Shown here: in pieces, positions 25,823-39,284 of the stretch
How positions within the stretch are numbered: position 1 is the first letter of the stretch
Layout: each line of letters opens with the position of its first letter
Assembly (NCBI GenBank): GCA_964016885.1
Contig: OZ024762.1
Span: forward strand, 17,980,001 to 18,044,000
Reading direction: 5' to 3'
Source of the DNA: Eledone cirrhosa
Lineage: Eukaryota
DNA length: 64,000 nucleotides
Position numbers and translations under genes: made by a program
Notes under the pieces: model-generated
The model's database searches: none
Told to the model about the DNA's origin: nothing
The model's input: the letters and a program-made list of their open reading frames with translations, nothing else

Positions 25823-26045
25823 AGACCCCCTTCGGTCATCAATGACCATGTGATTTGATTTGCATCTAGAAAGTTTCCCTCCGAGGCACAAGTCCGGGCA
25901 AGGTTGTTTGAGGAATACCAGCAGTCACCCATGGATACCAGCCTCCCCTCTCCATACCACTGATGATATATAAAGGATGATGGAGTGTAATTAGAATGAG
26001 GAAAATGCGAAGTTGTAGATGTTAAAGAGTCCTTTATTAATAAGA

Positions 26046-26113
26046 CTATGATACATATTTCAATGATCTTGGTCACTTGGTTATTTAACCTATATCATGA
26101 TTTCATCAGACAA
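26046..26113 (-). ncRNA. Degenerate type I hammerhead motif
   Basis: Reverse complement: ttgt-CTGATGA-...gatcatt-GAAA-tatgta-TC-atag; weak stems; downstream aataaa then TA. Confidence 0.45.
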
Positions 26114-26547
26114 CAGAATTGAATAAAAGGGTCTGTTTCTGAGGCAATCGTGGGTGTAAGGGAGTGGATTGAAAAAATTAAGCTTTAGCTGGGGTTGCTC
26201 GCTCCCTATATATAAATACATCTATATATATATATACACACAAGCATACATTCATATGAATAAAGGGTTGGATATTAGATGATGAAAGTTTTTTGATCAA
26301 TTACATTACATATGTGTTTTTATGTTTCAATACACACACATAGGCGTGTGTGTTTGTGTGTGTATATATATATATAAATATTATATATACTATCATCATC
26401 ATCATACCATGCTTCCCGAGATCTGCCAACACTACAGCTAACACATACACACATGTACTTCCCTGACATTTGTGTATTATTCTATGTACTATACATACAC
26501 CTTTGACGAGTTGTAGTGCACCTGAGCACTTTACACAATAATTTCAT

Positions 26548-26594
<47 letters not shown>

Positions 26595-27125
26595 AACGAG
26601 TAGGACCCCGACGGCTGAGCTCAAGCCGTTTCGACGGCTAATTCTGGACTAAAAAAATAAAAAATAAAGTTTTTTTTTTTTTTAGTCCAGAATTAGCCGT
26701 CGAAACAGCTTGAGCTCAGCCGTCGGGGTCCTACTCGTTCCTATTACCCACTCTACTACCCTAAGTATTGAGTACTTTGGTGCGTTATGGTCCATCTGGT
26801 TCCTTACCACATTTCCTTCGTTATATATATATATATATATGTAAAAGTAATAACGAAATAACAAAACAAATGGCATAGTACATGGAAGAAATATATTAGT
26901 TTAACAGAGACACACACACATATATATAAGGCAAGTTGGTAGAGTTGTTAGAACATTGGATAAAATGCTTTGTGGTATTCGTTCCTCCTCACTGCCGAGG
27001 TGAATTTTTATTGTTGTAGTGCACATGATAATTTCCATTATATTTTCATTATCTATACATACATACACACATATATATATATATATATATATATCTGTGT
27101 TTATCTCTCTTTTATATTCAAATAT

Positions 27126-27167
<42 letters not shown>

Positions 27168-27170
<3 letters not shown>

Positions 27171-27770
27171 ATTGAATATAAAAGAGAGATTAACACAGAT
27201 ATATATATATATGTGTTCAAATCGTAAGGGACCAGATCACTAAGGTGAAAAAAATACTAACTATGGACAATAGGGTTTGCCAGACTCAATTTAAGAATAA
27301 ATCAAGAAAATAAATACAAACCAGAATTGTGGTAACTACCAATCACCCAGACAGCGTTTGGCTATGCTGTTTCGCAAATTAATACCAATTCTTGCTCATC
27401 AGTGGGTGAAGAATTAGTAAGCTCCTCACTTCTAAGTATATCAGAAAACTGAATAGTGTGTGTATATATAATAATAACGCACATGGTATCAGAACTTAGC
27501 GTGTCTCACAAACTCACACCACTAAAAATAGTAGCCAAGTTTACTCGACACAATTAATTTGCGAAAGAGCATAGCCAAACGCTGTATGGGTGACCAGTAG
27601 TTACCACAATTCCGGTTTGTATTTATTTTATTTATTTATTCTTAAATTGAGTCTGGCAAACCCTATTGTCCATAGTTAGTATTTTTTTCACCTTAGTGAT
27701 CTGGTCCCTTACGATTTGAACACATATATGTATATATCTGTGTTTTTCTCTCTTTTATATTCAATTATAA
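27168..27770. mobile_element. Fold-back cassette family F, ~215-bp arms
   Basis: 27168-27383 mirrors 27552-27770; the left arm extends to include a complete hammerhead. Confidence 0.85.
27343..27409 (-). ncRNA. Fully canonical type I hammerhead ribozyme
   Basis: Reverse complement: tcaccca-CTGATGA-gcaa gaattggtattaat ttgc-GAAA-cagc atagccaaac gctg-TC-tgggtga; all three stems are Watson-Crick and the cleavage triplet is GUC. Confidence 0.92.
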
Positions 27771-29419
27771 TATACGGCTCGGAAAAATCTCTTTCCTAGA
27801 GCTATTTTATTGTAAAAGACTATTTTGAATTTCTAACTCAATATATACCTTTGATAGGGTACCCGACCTCCCATGGGTACATGCTGAAGCATATAAACAA
27901 TATGCCCCCACTCCCCCCACCGCAAGGTGGTTGTGGAGGTGCCACGGCAAAAAAAAGCACCCAGCCCACACTGTAAAGTGGACGTGTAGGCGCCACGAAA
28001 AAGCACCCAGCACTCACTGTAAATGAGGTTGGTGTTAGGAAGGGCATCCAGCTGTAGAAATCAAGCCAGATCAGTTCCTGTATGAGCAAGGCATGGTCAG
28101 CCGACCAGAGACTGCCCACAACAGGACAACCCATCTAACCCATGCTAGCGTGGAAGAACGGACGTAAAACGGTGATGATGATGATGATGATGATATATAT
28201 ATATATATATAGGAAAAGAGTCAAGACCTCCGACGGCTTGGCTCCAGCCGTTTGGACAGCTAGATCCGATATATATATCAGAATGGATGCAGTAAAACCT
28301 GTTAGACCATTACACACCAGAGTACTTGATACTTGGGGTAGTAGAGTGTGGTAATATGAAGGATTTCGGACCCTGACGACTGAGTGCCTGCCGTTTCAAC
28401 AACTATTTCCAAACCCTCGGGGGTGCCTGGGTGTACATGCATTCATATGTACGTTTTCGTGTGGGCAGCTGTCTTTATTCTGCTTTATCTTGAATATATA
28501 TATATATATATATCATCATTTCATCATTTCACGTCCGCTTTTCCCTGCTTGCAAGGGTGGGACAGGAACTGATTCTGGCTTGATTTCTACAGCTGGATGC
28601 CCTTCTTAACACCAACCTCATTTACAGTGAGTGCTGGGTGCTTTTTTGCCGTGGCACCTCCACGACCACTTTGCAGTGGAATGATAGGGACCCCAGTCCC
28701 TATCATTTCATTTCTAAGCTGAGTAAACTGGAGCAATGTGAAATAAAGTGTCTTGCTCAAGGAAACAACACATCACCCGGTCTGAGAATTGAACTCACAA
28801 CCTTTCGATTGCAAGGCCAATGCTCTAACCACTATATATATATACATATATATATATACCATCCCCCACTCTCAAAAGCGTGCACCTAATAAACTACTAT
28901 TTGTACTGCCTCTCTGTTTTTGTTCCTGTACAATTTTTAACTATATATATATATATATATATTGAGTACCTTACTTACTGTGGTTACCCCCGTTGAACCC
29001 AGAATAAACTTATATATATATATATATAAGTTTATCCCAGGTTCAACTGGGGGTTACCACAGCAAGTAAGGTACTCAATACAAAGCAGAGTATAAATATC
29101 TAATATAGAAAGGTTTCTACAGGACTAGAACTGTTTCATTCAGGAGAAATCATCAGGAAGCCCTGGGCTTCCTGATGATTTCTCCTGTAGAAGCCTTTCT
29201 GTATTTTATATACTAGCATAAAAACCATTCTTCGGGTGGTTTTCTGCTAGCATGTGTAGTGTGTATATTGATATTATACGCAAGTATATATACATGTAGA
29301 TATGATACATCAAATAAAATCGTAATTGAGAATATGCACAGAAATTGAACGAAGACGTTGTTACACTGTCTTATGTAATCAGTAACGTAATCCATATATA
29401 TATATATATATGTATATAT

Positions 29420-29604
<185 letters not shown>

Positions 29605-30244
29605 CTGATATATATATATATATATATACATGAATATATATATATATACATATATGTTGATTACTTATGAATGAAAAGGTTCTGGTCTTATAATAATATA
29701 AATATGCCTATACTCTACTAACATATTGAGTACTTTTTTTAACTGCTGTCACCGCCTGATAAACACAGACATCTACCTTTATATAGAGTAGAGGATCTGG
29801 GTAGAGGTAGGGAGAGCTGATCACAAATGGTTAAGACTCACAGAGAAGATAATGAAAGAATTCAATGAGTGGAGAGACCATGTGTTGAAAAGGACCTGTC
29901 CAACCCATGAAAGTGTGGAAAAACAGACATAAAAATGATGATGATGCTGATGATATATATCATCATCATTTCATCATTTTTTACGTCCGCTTTTTCCCTG
30001 CTTGCAAGGGTAGGACGGGAACTGATTCTGGCTTGATTTCTACAGCTGGATGCCCTTCCTAACACCAACCTCATTTACAGTGAGTGCTGGGTGCTTTTTT
30101 GCCGTAGCACCTGCGAAGAAATGTGGTAAGGAACCAGGTGGACCATAACGCACCAAAGTACTTAATACTTAGGGTAGTAGAGTGGGTAATAGGAACGAGT
30201 AGGACCCCGACGGCTGAGCTCAAGCCGTCGGGGTCCTACTCGTT

Positions 30245-30295
<51 letters not shown>

Positions 30296-30356
30296 TATAT
30301 ATAATTGGATTACCTATAACAATATTTTGTTATCCTTTATATATATATATATATAG

Positions 30357-30409
<53 letters not shown>

Positions 30410-30411
<2 letters not shown>

Positions 30412-30535
30412 GTATAGGTAGAATACTGGAAGGTAATATCCGTAGTGGTAGAGCACTCAGTCCATGGGACGAGCTAGGTAGAAGTGGTAACACAACAGTT
30501 ACTTCAGTATGGTGAACTAACTGTTGTGTTACCAC

Positions 30536-30540
<5 letters not shown>
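30410..30540. mobile_element. Fold-back cassette family K (long copy 47410-47562 carries hammerhead-like 47422-47462)
   Basis: tagaagtggtaacacaacagtta / taactgttgtgttaccacttcta hairpin; at 47422 gag-CTGAAGA-tctgcttaaggt-GAAA-catttg-TT-ctc. Confidence 0.6.
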
Positions 30541-30601
<61 letters not shown>

Positions 30602-30711
30602 TGTATATATATATTGCAAGAGATGTCAACATGAATGGATCTGTTATTTTTATCTAAAGACATTTTTTCCAATTCCACCCCAGCCGTCCCTTTAATCTAT
30701 CTAATTTCTCG

Positions 30712-30754
30712 TTCTTTCATCTGATGAAGGACTAGCATCCGAAACGTTAAGACC
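30712..30754 (+). ncRNA. Minimal Penelope-type hammerhead motif
   Basis: CTGATGA-agga ctagca tcc-GAAACGTT-aaga; palindromic AACGTT; stem I imperfect. Confidence 0.55.
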
Positions 30755-31201
30755 CTCTTCCTGCTATATCAAGCGTTAACCTAATATATCCCTTCCATAT
30801 ACTGATTGTGTTGTTATTTCTGTTTACCTTTTACATACACACACACACACACATCATCATCATCATCATCATTTCATTTTACGTCCGCTTTTCCCTGCTT
30901 GCAAGGTTGGGACGGGAACTGATGCTGGCTTGATTTCTACAGCTGGATGCCCTTCTTAACACCAACCTCATTTACAGTGAGTGCTGGGTGCTTTTTTGCC
31001 GTGGCGCCTACACGTCCACTTTACAGTGGAATGATATGGACCCCAGTCCCTATCATCTCATTTCTACAGCTGAGTAAACTGGAGCAATGTGAAATAAAGT
31101 GTCTTGCTCAAAGAAACAACAACACATCACCCGGTCTGAGAATTGAACTCACAACCTTTCGATTGCAAGGCCAATGCTCTAACCACTAAGCCATGTGCCT
31201 C

Positions 31202-31339
<138 letters not shown>

Positions 31340-31498
31340 TATACACATATATATACATATATATATATACATATATATATTGTTATATGAAGGTCATGCT
31401 GCCAATAGAAACTCACGCACCTGTTGGTTTTCACTTCAATTTATTAAAAATTTGTGGTTGGTCGGTTGGTTGGATAACTGGATGGTTGTTTATATATT

Positions 31499-31541
31499 GT
31501 CAAAGTTCTTTCGTCACACACTCTTCGACCTCCTCAGTGAC
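31499..31541 (-). ncRNA. Minimal type I hammerhead, family M (element ends also at ~37435-37597, 61978-62130)
   Basis: Reverse complement: gtca-CTGAGGA-g gtc gaagagtgtgt gac-GAAA-gaac-TT-tgac. Confidence 0.7.
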
Positions 31542-31854
31542 TGGGTTTTAATTTTGTGTCTTTCCTGTGTTCTGTCCTACACCATCTTGCTTTTGTGTGA
31601 TGTGTATTATTATATGTATATAATAAAAGTGTCGAAGATTGCTGGTATCAATTCAGCATCCTATATACATATATGTGTGTCCCAGGTTCAATTAGAGTTA
31701 ACCACAGTAAATAAGGTACTCAATATATTAGCAGAGTGTAAACAACATGTTTAATATAGAAATGGCTTCTACAGGACTAGATGATTTCTTTTGAATGAAA
31801 CAGTTCTAGTCCTGTAGAAGGCATTTCTATAGTAAACATGATATATATATATAA

Positions 31855-32268
31855 GCAAAGAGATATTTAATTTGTTGGTCATTCAACAAATCTACTTATA
31901 ACAGATTCGAAGCACTCTACAAGTTTTCTGGAGTATAATATCAATGATATTAATAAATGGAAACTATATCTATAAAACCATATTTATTTTGTTATATATA
32001 GTTCAAGGGTACCAAAATTTTGGTACACTCTCATCAGATAAAATACAAAATTTGTTTTATAAATGGTGACATCCCCCAGAAACCAGACCTTATCGGTTCA
32101 GGTTCAGTTTGGATAAGGTCTGGTTTCTTGGGTATGTCACCATTTATAAAACAAATTTTGTATTTTATCTGATGAGAGTGTACCAAAATTTTGGTACCCT
32201 TGAAATATATATAATAAAATAAATATGGTTTTATAAATATAGTTTCCATTTATTAATACTATTGATGT
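31855..32268. mobile_element. Fold-back hammerhead cassette family B (copies 35270-35728, 36885-37340, 47841-48130, 52470-52655)
   Basis: ~150-180-bp inverted arms. Plus hammerhead 32161-32221: tattttat-CTGATGA-gagtgtaccaaaattttggtaccctt-GAAA-TATATA-TA-ataaaata. Equivalents at 35623-35684 and 37145-37210 (CUGAAGA core). Confidence 0.88.
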
Positions 32269-33584
32269 ATATATATATATATATATATCAGCTGTTTAAT
32301 TAAACTGTTTAAAAAGGTGCAGGACAATCAAAATCGATGGAAGCTATGGAGTAGGAAGACCCAGGAAGACCTGGGACGAGGTGATAAAAGCTGACCTTGT
32401 GTAATTGCACCTCTCAAATTCAATGACACAGGATCAAGATCTTTGGTGTTATGCAGTAATACAGAAGACACTCATTCCCATGTGCATGGAGGCACGCACA
32501 CAGCTTAGTGGTTAGAGCATTGGCCTTGCAATCGAAAGGTTGTGAGTTCAATTCTCAGACCGGGTGATGTGTTGTTTCCTTGAGCAAAACACTTTATTTC
32601 ACATTGCTCCAGTTTACTCAACTGTAGAAATGAGATGATAAGGACTGGGGTCCATATCATTCCACTATAACATTGTCGTGGAGGTGCCATGGCAAAAAAG
32701 CACCCAGCACTCACTGTAAATGAGGTTGGTGTTAGGAAGGGCATCCAGCTGTAGAAATCAAGCCAGAATCAGTTCCCTTCCCACCCTTGCAAGCAGGGAA
32801 AAGCGGACGCAAAATGAAATGATGAAATGATGATGATATATATATATATACACACACACATATATATATATATACAAGTAACTAAGACCATCAATTGCCT
32901 TTAATTGAGTCCAGCAAGAGTTAAACAATACATGTCCTTCTAAACCCTTGCTCCTGGCAACTACTAACCTCTACCAAATATTGGTATGGGGTGACAGACA
33001 TCATCAGTCTACAGCTGCTATGTATTACACAGTTTCTATGTAATAATAATCTTCCATATAAAAATAACAATAATGATTTCTACAAGGCCAGCAATTAGGG
33101 GAGAGGAGAAGTCAATTAAATCGACCCCCAGTGCATCACTGGTGCTTTATTTATCAACCCCGTACGGATGAAAGGCAAAGCTAACCTCAGTGGAATTTGA
33201 ACTTAGAACTCAAATAATGGTTTCTGATTTAGGCAGAAGGCCAGCAATTTGGTGGAGGGGAAAGTCGATTAAATTGACCCCAGTGTGTAACTGGTACTTT
33301 ATTTTATTGACCGTGTAAGGATGAAAGGCGAAGCTAACCATGGTAGGATTTGAACTCAGAATGTAAAGGGCCGTAACAATATGCCGCAAAGCTTGGTATC
33401 TGACACTTTATTGATAGTGCCAATCCCCCCGCCCTAATAATAACAATTATAATAATCTCTATAAGTGTTTGTTTATATGTATATGCCAACCTTCACACAT
33501 GCACATACACATTCATATATTAAAGTTGTTGAAAGTTTTGTTTTTTTTCATTTTTTTAAACGGGTGACTGAAACTAATTAATTT

Positions 33585-34045
33585 TCATAAATATACAAAC
33601 ATACATCGGTTTATTTTTCAATGAAAATTGCCCTCCACTTCCTTCCAAACTTTATTTCTTCAATATAATTACATAGAACCGAAATTCTAGAAGAATCTAG
33701 GCCAACTATTTTATTTGCTGCAATTTTCAAGTAAATTTTAGATAAATTTAATGAATATACAAACACATATTAGTTTGTTTTTCAATGTTCTCAATTTCCT
33801 TTCAATCTTTCTCTCTTTGATATAATTACATAAACCTCAATTCTAGAACAATCCTGGTCAACAATTTCATTTACTGCAATTCTCAAGTAAATTTCATTAA
33901 CATAGAAACATATAATGGCTTATTTTTTCAATGAAAAATACTCTCAACTTCCTTCTAAACTTTGTTGTTTGAATATAATTATACAAACCACAATTCTAGA
34001 AAAATCTGGGTTAACTATTTTCTATCAACTGCAATTTTCATAACC
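33585..34045. repeat. Old diverged tandem triplication, ~150-165-bp unit
   Basis: Recurring tttttcaatg...tataattacata...aattctagaa..atct.g..caac.attt...ctgcaatt blocks. Confidence 0.6.
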
Positions 34046-36020
34046 AACAAACTTCTATTCACATATCAGTTTTTACTTTACTGTAACAGGAGAGAAATAT
34101 TTTGTTTTTCAATCTACACCATATAACTAATCATCATCATCATCATTGCAACCACAGTCGAACATTTATGACAAAGTCTCTCCACAATTCACTAGTTTCC
34201 ATTACCACTGGCAACTGTTCCTACTGGGGATTGTATTGTCTGAGAGTTGATCTATAAATGTTTGAGCAGCTCTTCCTCTAATGTGTCTCCAGTGGTTCCC
34301 AACATAATGAGGCTGGATAAATTGGCAGAATGGTAAAAATATTCCACAAAAAAATCTAAGTTCAAATCCTGTCTAGGTCAACTTTGTCTTTCATTCTTTT
34401 GAGACTGATACCAGTCTAGTACTGAGATCGATTCTTCCTCTATATCTCTCTCACTTTCTCTGTCCTTCTCTGGAAGAAATCTGTTGTATTCAGACCTGGA
34501 GAGGGAATGAGCTCTACCGGGTTTTAAAATGCCCTAGAAACACTGTATGTCACTACAAGACCCCTGCAACTCAGGGGTTATGGGACCATACAATACCATA
34601 CCATTGTTCAACACCCCTGCAACTCTATCAGGTGTTATGGAACCATAGACTTTTTTGGTGGAGGGAGGGTTCACCTTGGCGTGAAATGCACCTCTCAAAG
34701 GCAATGACACAGGACCAAGATCTCTGGCACTACACAATAATACAGAAGCCCCAACTCCCATGGGCACAGGCTAAAGATGAAGCAAATGTATATACACGAC
34801 CCCACCCCACTCCACCCACTCTCATACATCTCCCATGGGGACAGGCTGAAGCATACAGCCAGTGAAGTCTCCAGCCCACACTGTAAAGTGGTCATGTAGA
34901 TGTCACAACAAAAAGCACCCAGTACTCACTGTGAATGAGGTTGGTGTTAGGAAGGGCATCCAGCTGTAGAAATCAAGCCAAAATCAATTCTGTATGAGCA
35001 AGACATGGTCACCTGACCTAGCATTGCCCACAACAGAACAACTCGTCTAACCCATGCAAGCGTGTAAAGATAGATACATATATATATCACATGTAGCTGT
35101 GTGTATAAATATATCACATGTAGCCGTATGTGACACATGTAGCTGTATATATATATATATAAATGTGAAGACTAAAATCCAAAGAGGGCTCGATAAGGAT
35201 AAATATATAAGAACCCTAGAGCAAATATTTATGAAAATAATCTGTTATTTTAATATATATATATATATAAGTAGAAGGGATATTTAATTTGTTGGAAATT
35301 CAACAAATATAAATGTTTATAACTGATTCAGAGCACTCGACAGATTTCTGGAGTAAATATTCAATGATATTAAATAAATGAAAACTATATTTATAAAACC
35401 ATATTTATTCTGTTATATATATTTCAAGGGTACCAAAAACTTTGGTACGCTTTCATCAGATAAAATACAAAGTGTGTTTTATAAATTTTGACATAGCTAA
35501 GAAACATACCTTATCAGTTGAATTTTCCTTGGATAGTCAAGGAAAATCAAGACTATCCAAGGAAAATTCAACTGTTAAGGTATGTTTCCTTGGCTATGTC
35601 AAAATTTATAAAACACACTTTGTATTTTATCTGATGAAAGCGTACCAAAGTTTCTGGTACCCTTGAAATATATATAATAGAATAAATATGGTTTTATAAA
35701 TATAGTTTCTATTTATTTAATATCATTGTATATATATATATATATATTTATATCACATGTAGCCGTATGTAACACATGTAGTTGTATATATATCCAATCT
35801 AGAGCCTTCTCACTCCTGCTGGAGGAACCCCTCCTGGTTAACCTGCACCACTTTCTGTTTTATTTTGGTCATATCAGATGTGTAGCTGTACTCACCATGT
35901 TTGGCCAATTATGGCTTGGTGAGGCTATTTAACCCATAGCTGGGGGTAGCTGTATACATCACCTCTATATGATACCTGTAGATATATATATATATATATA
36001 GCTACAGGTATCATATAGAG

Positions 36021-36350
36021 GTGATGAACCTATCCTGGAAACGACATCCCACCTTATCTAAAATCTATGGCAAACTCCCTCGAGCCTCTGCCCTTCTAAA
36101 ATCCCGGAGAGCTCAATTTGCTGGCCACTGTCACCGTGCCAGCAATGAAATCCTATCCGCTCTCTTGCTCTGGAACCCTGACTCCAGCCTGACTAGGAGT
36201 AGGAAGCTGTCATTCCCTGACGTTATCTCTAGGGATACGGGAATCAGTAGACAGGACCTGGGGGCAGTGATGGGGGACGGGGAATTCTGGGGCATGAGAG
36301 TGAGATCCATCATCTCGACAGTAGTCGACGAATGATGATGATGATGATGA
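36021..36350 (+). mobile_element. RTE-X-like LINE 3' fragment (same family as 51015-51596)
   Basis: NLSWKRHPT..IYGKLP...RRAQFAGHCHR...LLW motif; (TGA)n tail. Confidence 0.85.
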
Positions 36351-36552
36351 GATATATATGTCATCTGTAACTGTAAGTAATATCTGTGGTTATATTTCTC
36401 ACCTGTATTTGTATGACACCTGTGGAACATACAGCAACAGATGTCTTATACGGCTACATATGATATATATATATATACCTTGAGGTGACCGACTAAAGTA
36501 GAAGATGCTAGATGGTCGATCGTCCTCTTATCTATGATTTGTTATATTTCGA

Positions 36553-36610
36553 ATACCTGATGATATCACCGGATTCATACAGAACCCGGTCATTGAAATG
36601 ATCATAGTAT
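36553..36610 (+). ncRNA. Type I hammerhead, family N (second copy 59464-59521)
   Basis: atac-CTGATGA-tatcaccgg attcatacagaa cccggtcatt-GAAA-TGATCA-TA-gtat; both copies end ~50 bp later in (TA)n. Confidence 0.8.
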
Positions 36611-36655
36611 AATAAACCTTTCAAGGATTTACACAAGTCCAGCCTCCTGTTATTT

Positions 36656-36693
<38 letters not shown>

Positions 36694-36762
36694 GAGTTAA
36701 ACAATGACTACCTTGATTAAATCTTAACCATCTACCATGTCAGGGTATGTCATGTATCATTT

Positions 36763-36830
36763 TATTTTATCTGATGAGAACGTACTGTTGAATCTGATTC
36801 AAGTACCTCTGAAATATGTATAATAAAATT
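36763..36830 (+). ncRNA. Type I hammerhead, family C (degenerate copy 6040-6092 with GAAA>AAAA)
   Basis: attttat-CTGATGA-gaacgtac tgttgaatctgattcaa gtacctct-GAAA-tatgta-TA-ataaaat. Confidence 0.7.
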
Positions 36831-38038
36831 TAAATGATCACAAGAATATCTATTTTGTTAATATTTTAATTAATATATATATATATATACGATATTAAAC
36901 AAATGGAAACTATATTTATAAAACCATATTTATTTCATTATACATATTTCAGGGATACCATATTAAAAATATGGCATGCCTTCTTCAGATAAAATACAAT
37001 ATATAAGCAGTTTTATAAATAAATTTGACGTACCATAAAATATTGATCAACTTCCATTTAAAAAAGTTGGTTTGGTTTTTTAAATGGAAGTTGATCAATA
37101 TTTTATGGTACATCAAATTTATTTATAAAACTGCTTATATATTGTATTTTATCTGAAGAAGGCATGCCATATTTTTAATATGGTATCCCTGAAATATGTA
37201 TAATGAAATAAATATGGTTTTATAAATATAGTTTCCATTTGTTTAATATCGTATATCTACTCCAAAACTTGTTGAGTGCTTTATATCAGTTATAAAATAT
37301 TTACTCGTTGTAACCCAACAATTTTAAATAAAACTTTTGCATATATATATATATATACATATATACATATATACTTGGTTTGTGAATTTGTTTTGCAAGA
37401 TTTCTTATCTGAAAACATGTGTTGAAACAGATATTGTGATACTTTACGAGGGTCATGCTGCCAATAAAAACACACCCACATGTTGACATGTTGGTTTTCA
37501 CTTCAATTTATTATAAATTTCTAGTTGGTTGGCTGGTTGGTTGGTTCAACAAGCAGATGGTTGTTCATATATTGTCTAAGCCCTTTCGTAGGAAACCTGC
37601 CAGAGACACTTCCGTACGAATGAGACACAGTCTCCCATCCAATCCCACATAAAATGGAACAAAACCGTCTTAACTATCCTAGCATGGAAGATGGACGTTA
37701 AACGATGATGATCATCATCATCATTTTACTTCCGCTTTTCCCTGCTTGCAAGGGTGGGACGGGAACTGATTCTGGCTTGATTTCTACAGCTGGATGCCCT
37801 TCCTAACACCAACCTCATTTACAGTGAGTGCTGGGTGCTTTTTTTTCCGTGGCGCTTACACGTCCACTTTGCAGTGGAATGATAGGGACCCCAGTCCCTA
37901 TCATCACATTTCTACAGCTGAGTAAACTGGAGCAATGTGAAATAAAGTGTCTTGCTCAAGGAAACAACACATTACCCGGTCTGAGAATTGAACTCACAAC
38001 CTTTCGATTGCAAGGCCAATGCTCTAACCACTAAGCCA

Positions 38039-38122
<84 letters not shown>

Positions 38123-38265
38123 AAGGCGGGTAAAATTCCCGAGATCCATGGACGAGTTCTCTCCAGCGGTCTCTGTCCCTCATTATCACTGCCATGTGCT
38201 GTGTCTCTAACAGACCAGTGTCTGTCCTTAGGGCATCAACATACGTTAACCTTGGTCTTCCTCTT

Positions 38266-38307
<42 letters not shown>

Positions 38308-38638
38308 TCACACATATATACATATATGTGTGTGTGTATGTATATATATATATACACACACATATATACATAAATATGTGTGTGTGTGTATGTATATATA
38401 TATATATATGTATATATATACATACACACACACACATATACATATATGTGTGTGTGTATGTATATATATATATACACACACACACATATATACATAAATA
38501 TGTGTGTGTGTGTATGTATATATATATATATGTATATATATACACATACACACACACACATATACATATATATGTGTGTGTGTATGTATATATATGTATA
38601 TATATATATATATACATACACACACACATATATACATA

Positions 38639-38671
<33 letters not shown>

Positions 38672-38928
38672 CATCATCATCATCATTTTACGTCTGCTCT
38701 TCCCTGCTTGCAAGGGTGGGACATATATATATATATATATATATATAGATGAGATTCTACAGGACTAGAACTGTTTCATTCTTTAGAAATCATCAGGAAT
38801 CCTGATGATTTCTAAAGAATGAAACAGTTCTAGTCCTGTAGAATCTCATCTATATTAAAACTTTTATACTCTGCAATGTATTGAGTACCTTACTTACTGT
38901 GGTTACCTCCGATTCAACCCGGAATAAC

Positions 38929-38984
<56 letters not shown>

Positions 38985-39284
38985 GGTGTGTGAGTATAGT
39001 ATAAAATGATAATTGTTTCTACTTTAGGCACAAGGCCAGCAATTACCCAGTACATTACTGGTACTTTATTTTATCGACCCCGTAAGGATGAAAGGCAAAT
39101 ATTCAATGCATTTGCAAGCAAAGAGCCCCGTTACGCTATGTTTTTTAGATGCTATCATCATCCTTTTGTTCTCGCAGTGGCACAGAGAAACAATGTTGTG
39201 TCTGGGGTATTTCAATAACCCCCAATTCTAGTGAGTAACATTGTTGATTGTTTCCCTCTGTTGCCCCTAGAACAAAAGGATAAA

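Noticed and set aside
32489-32565. tRNA gene
   Set aside because: A/B boxes are present but there is no acceptor stem or cloverleaf; it is the head of a multi-copy SINE.
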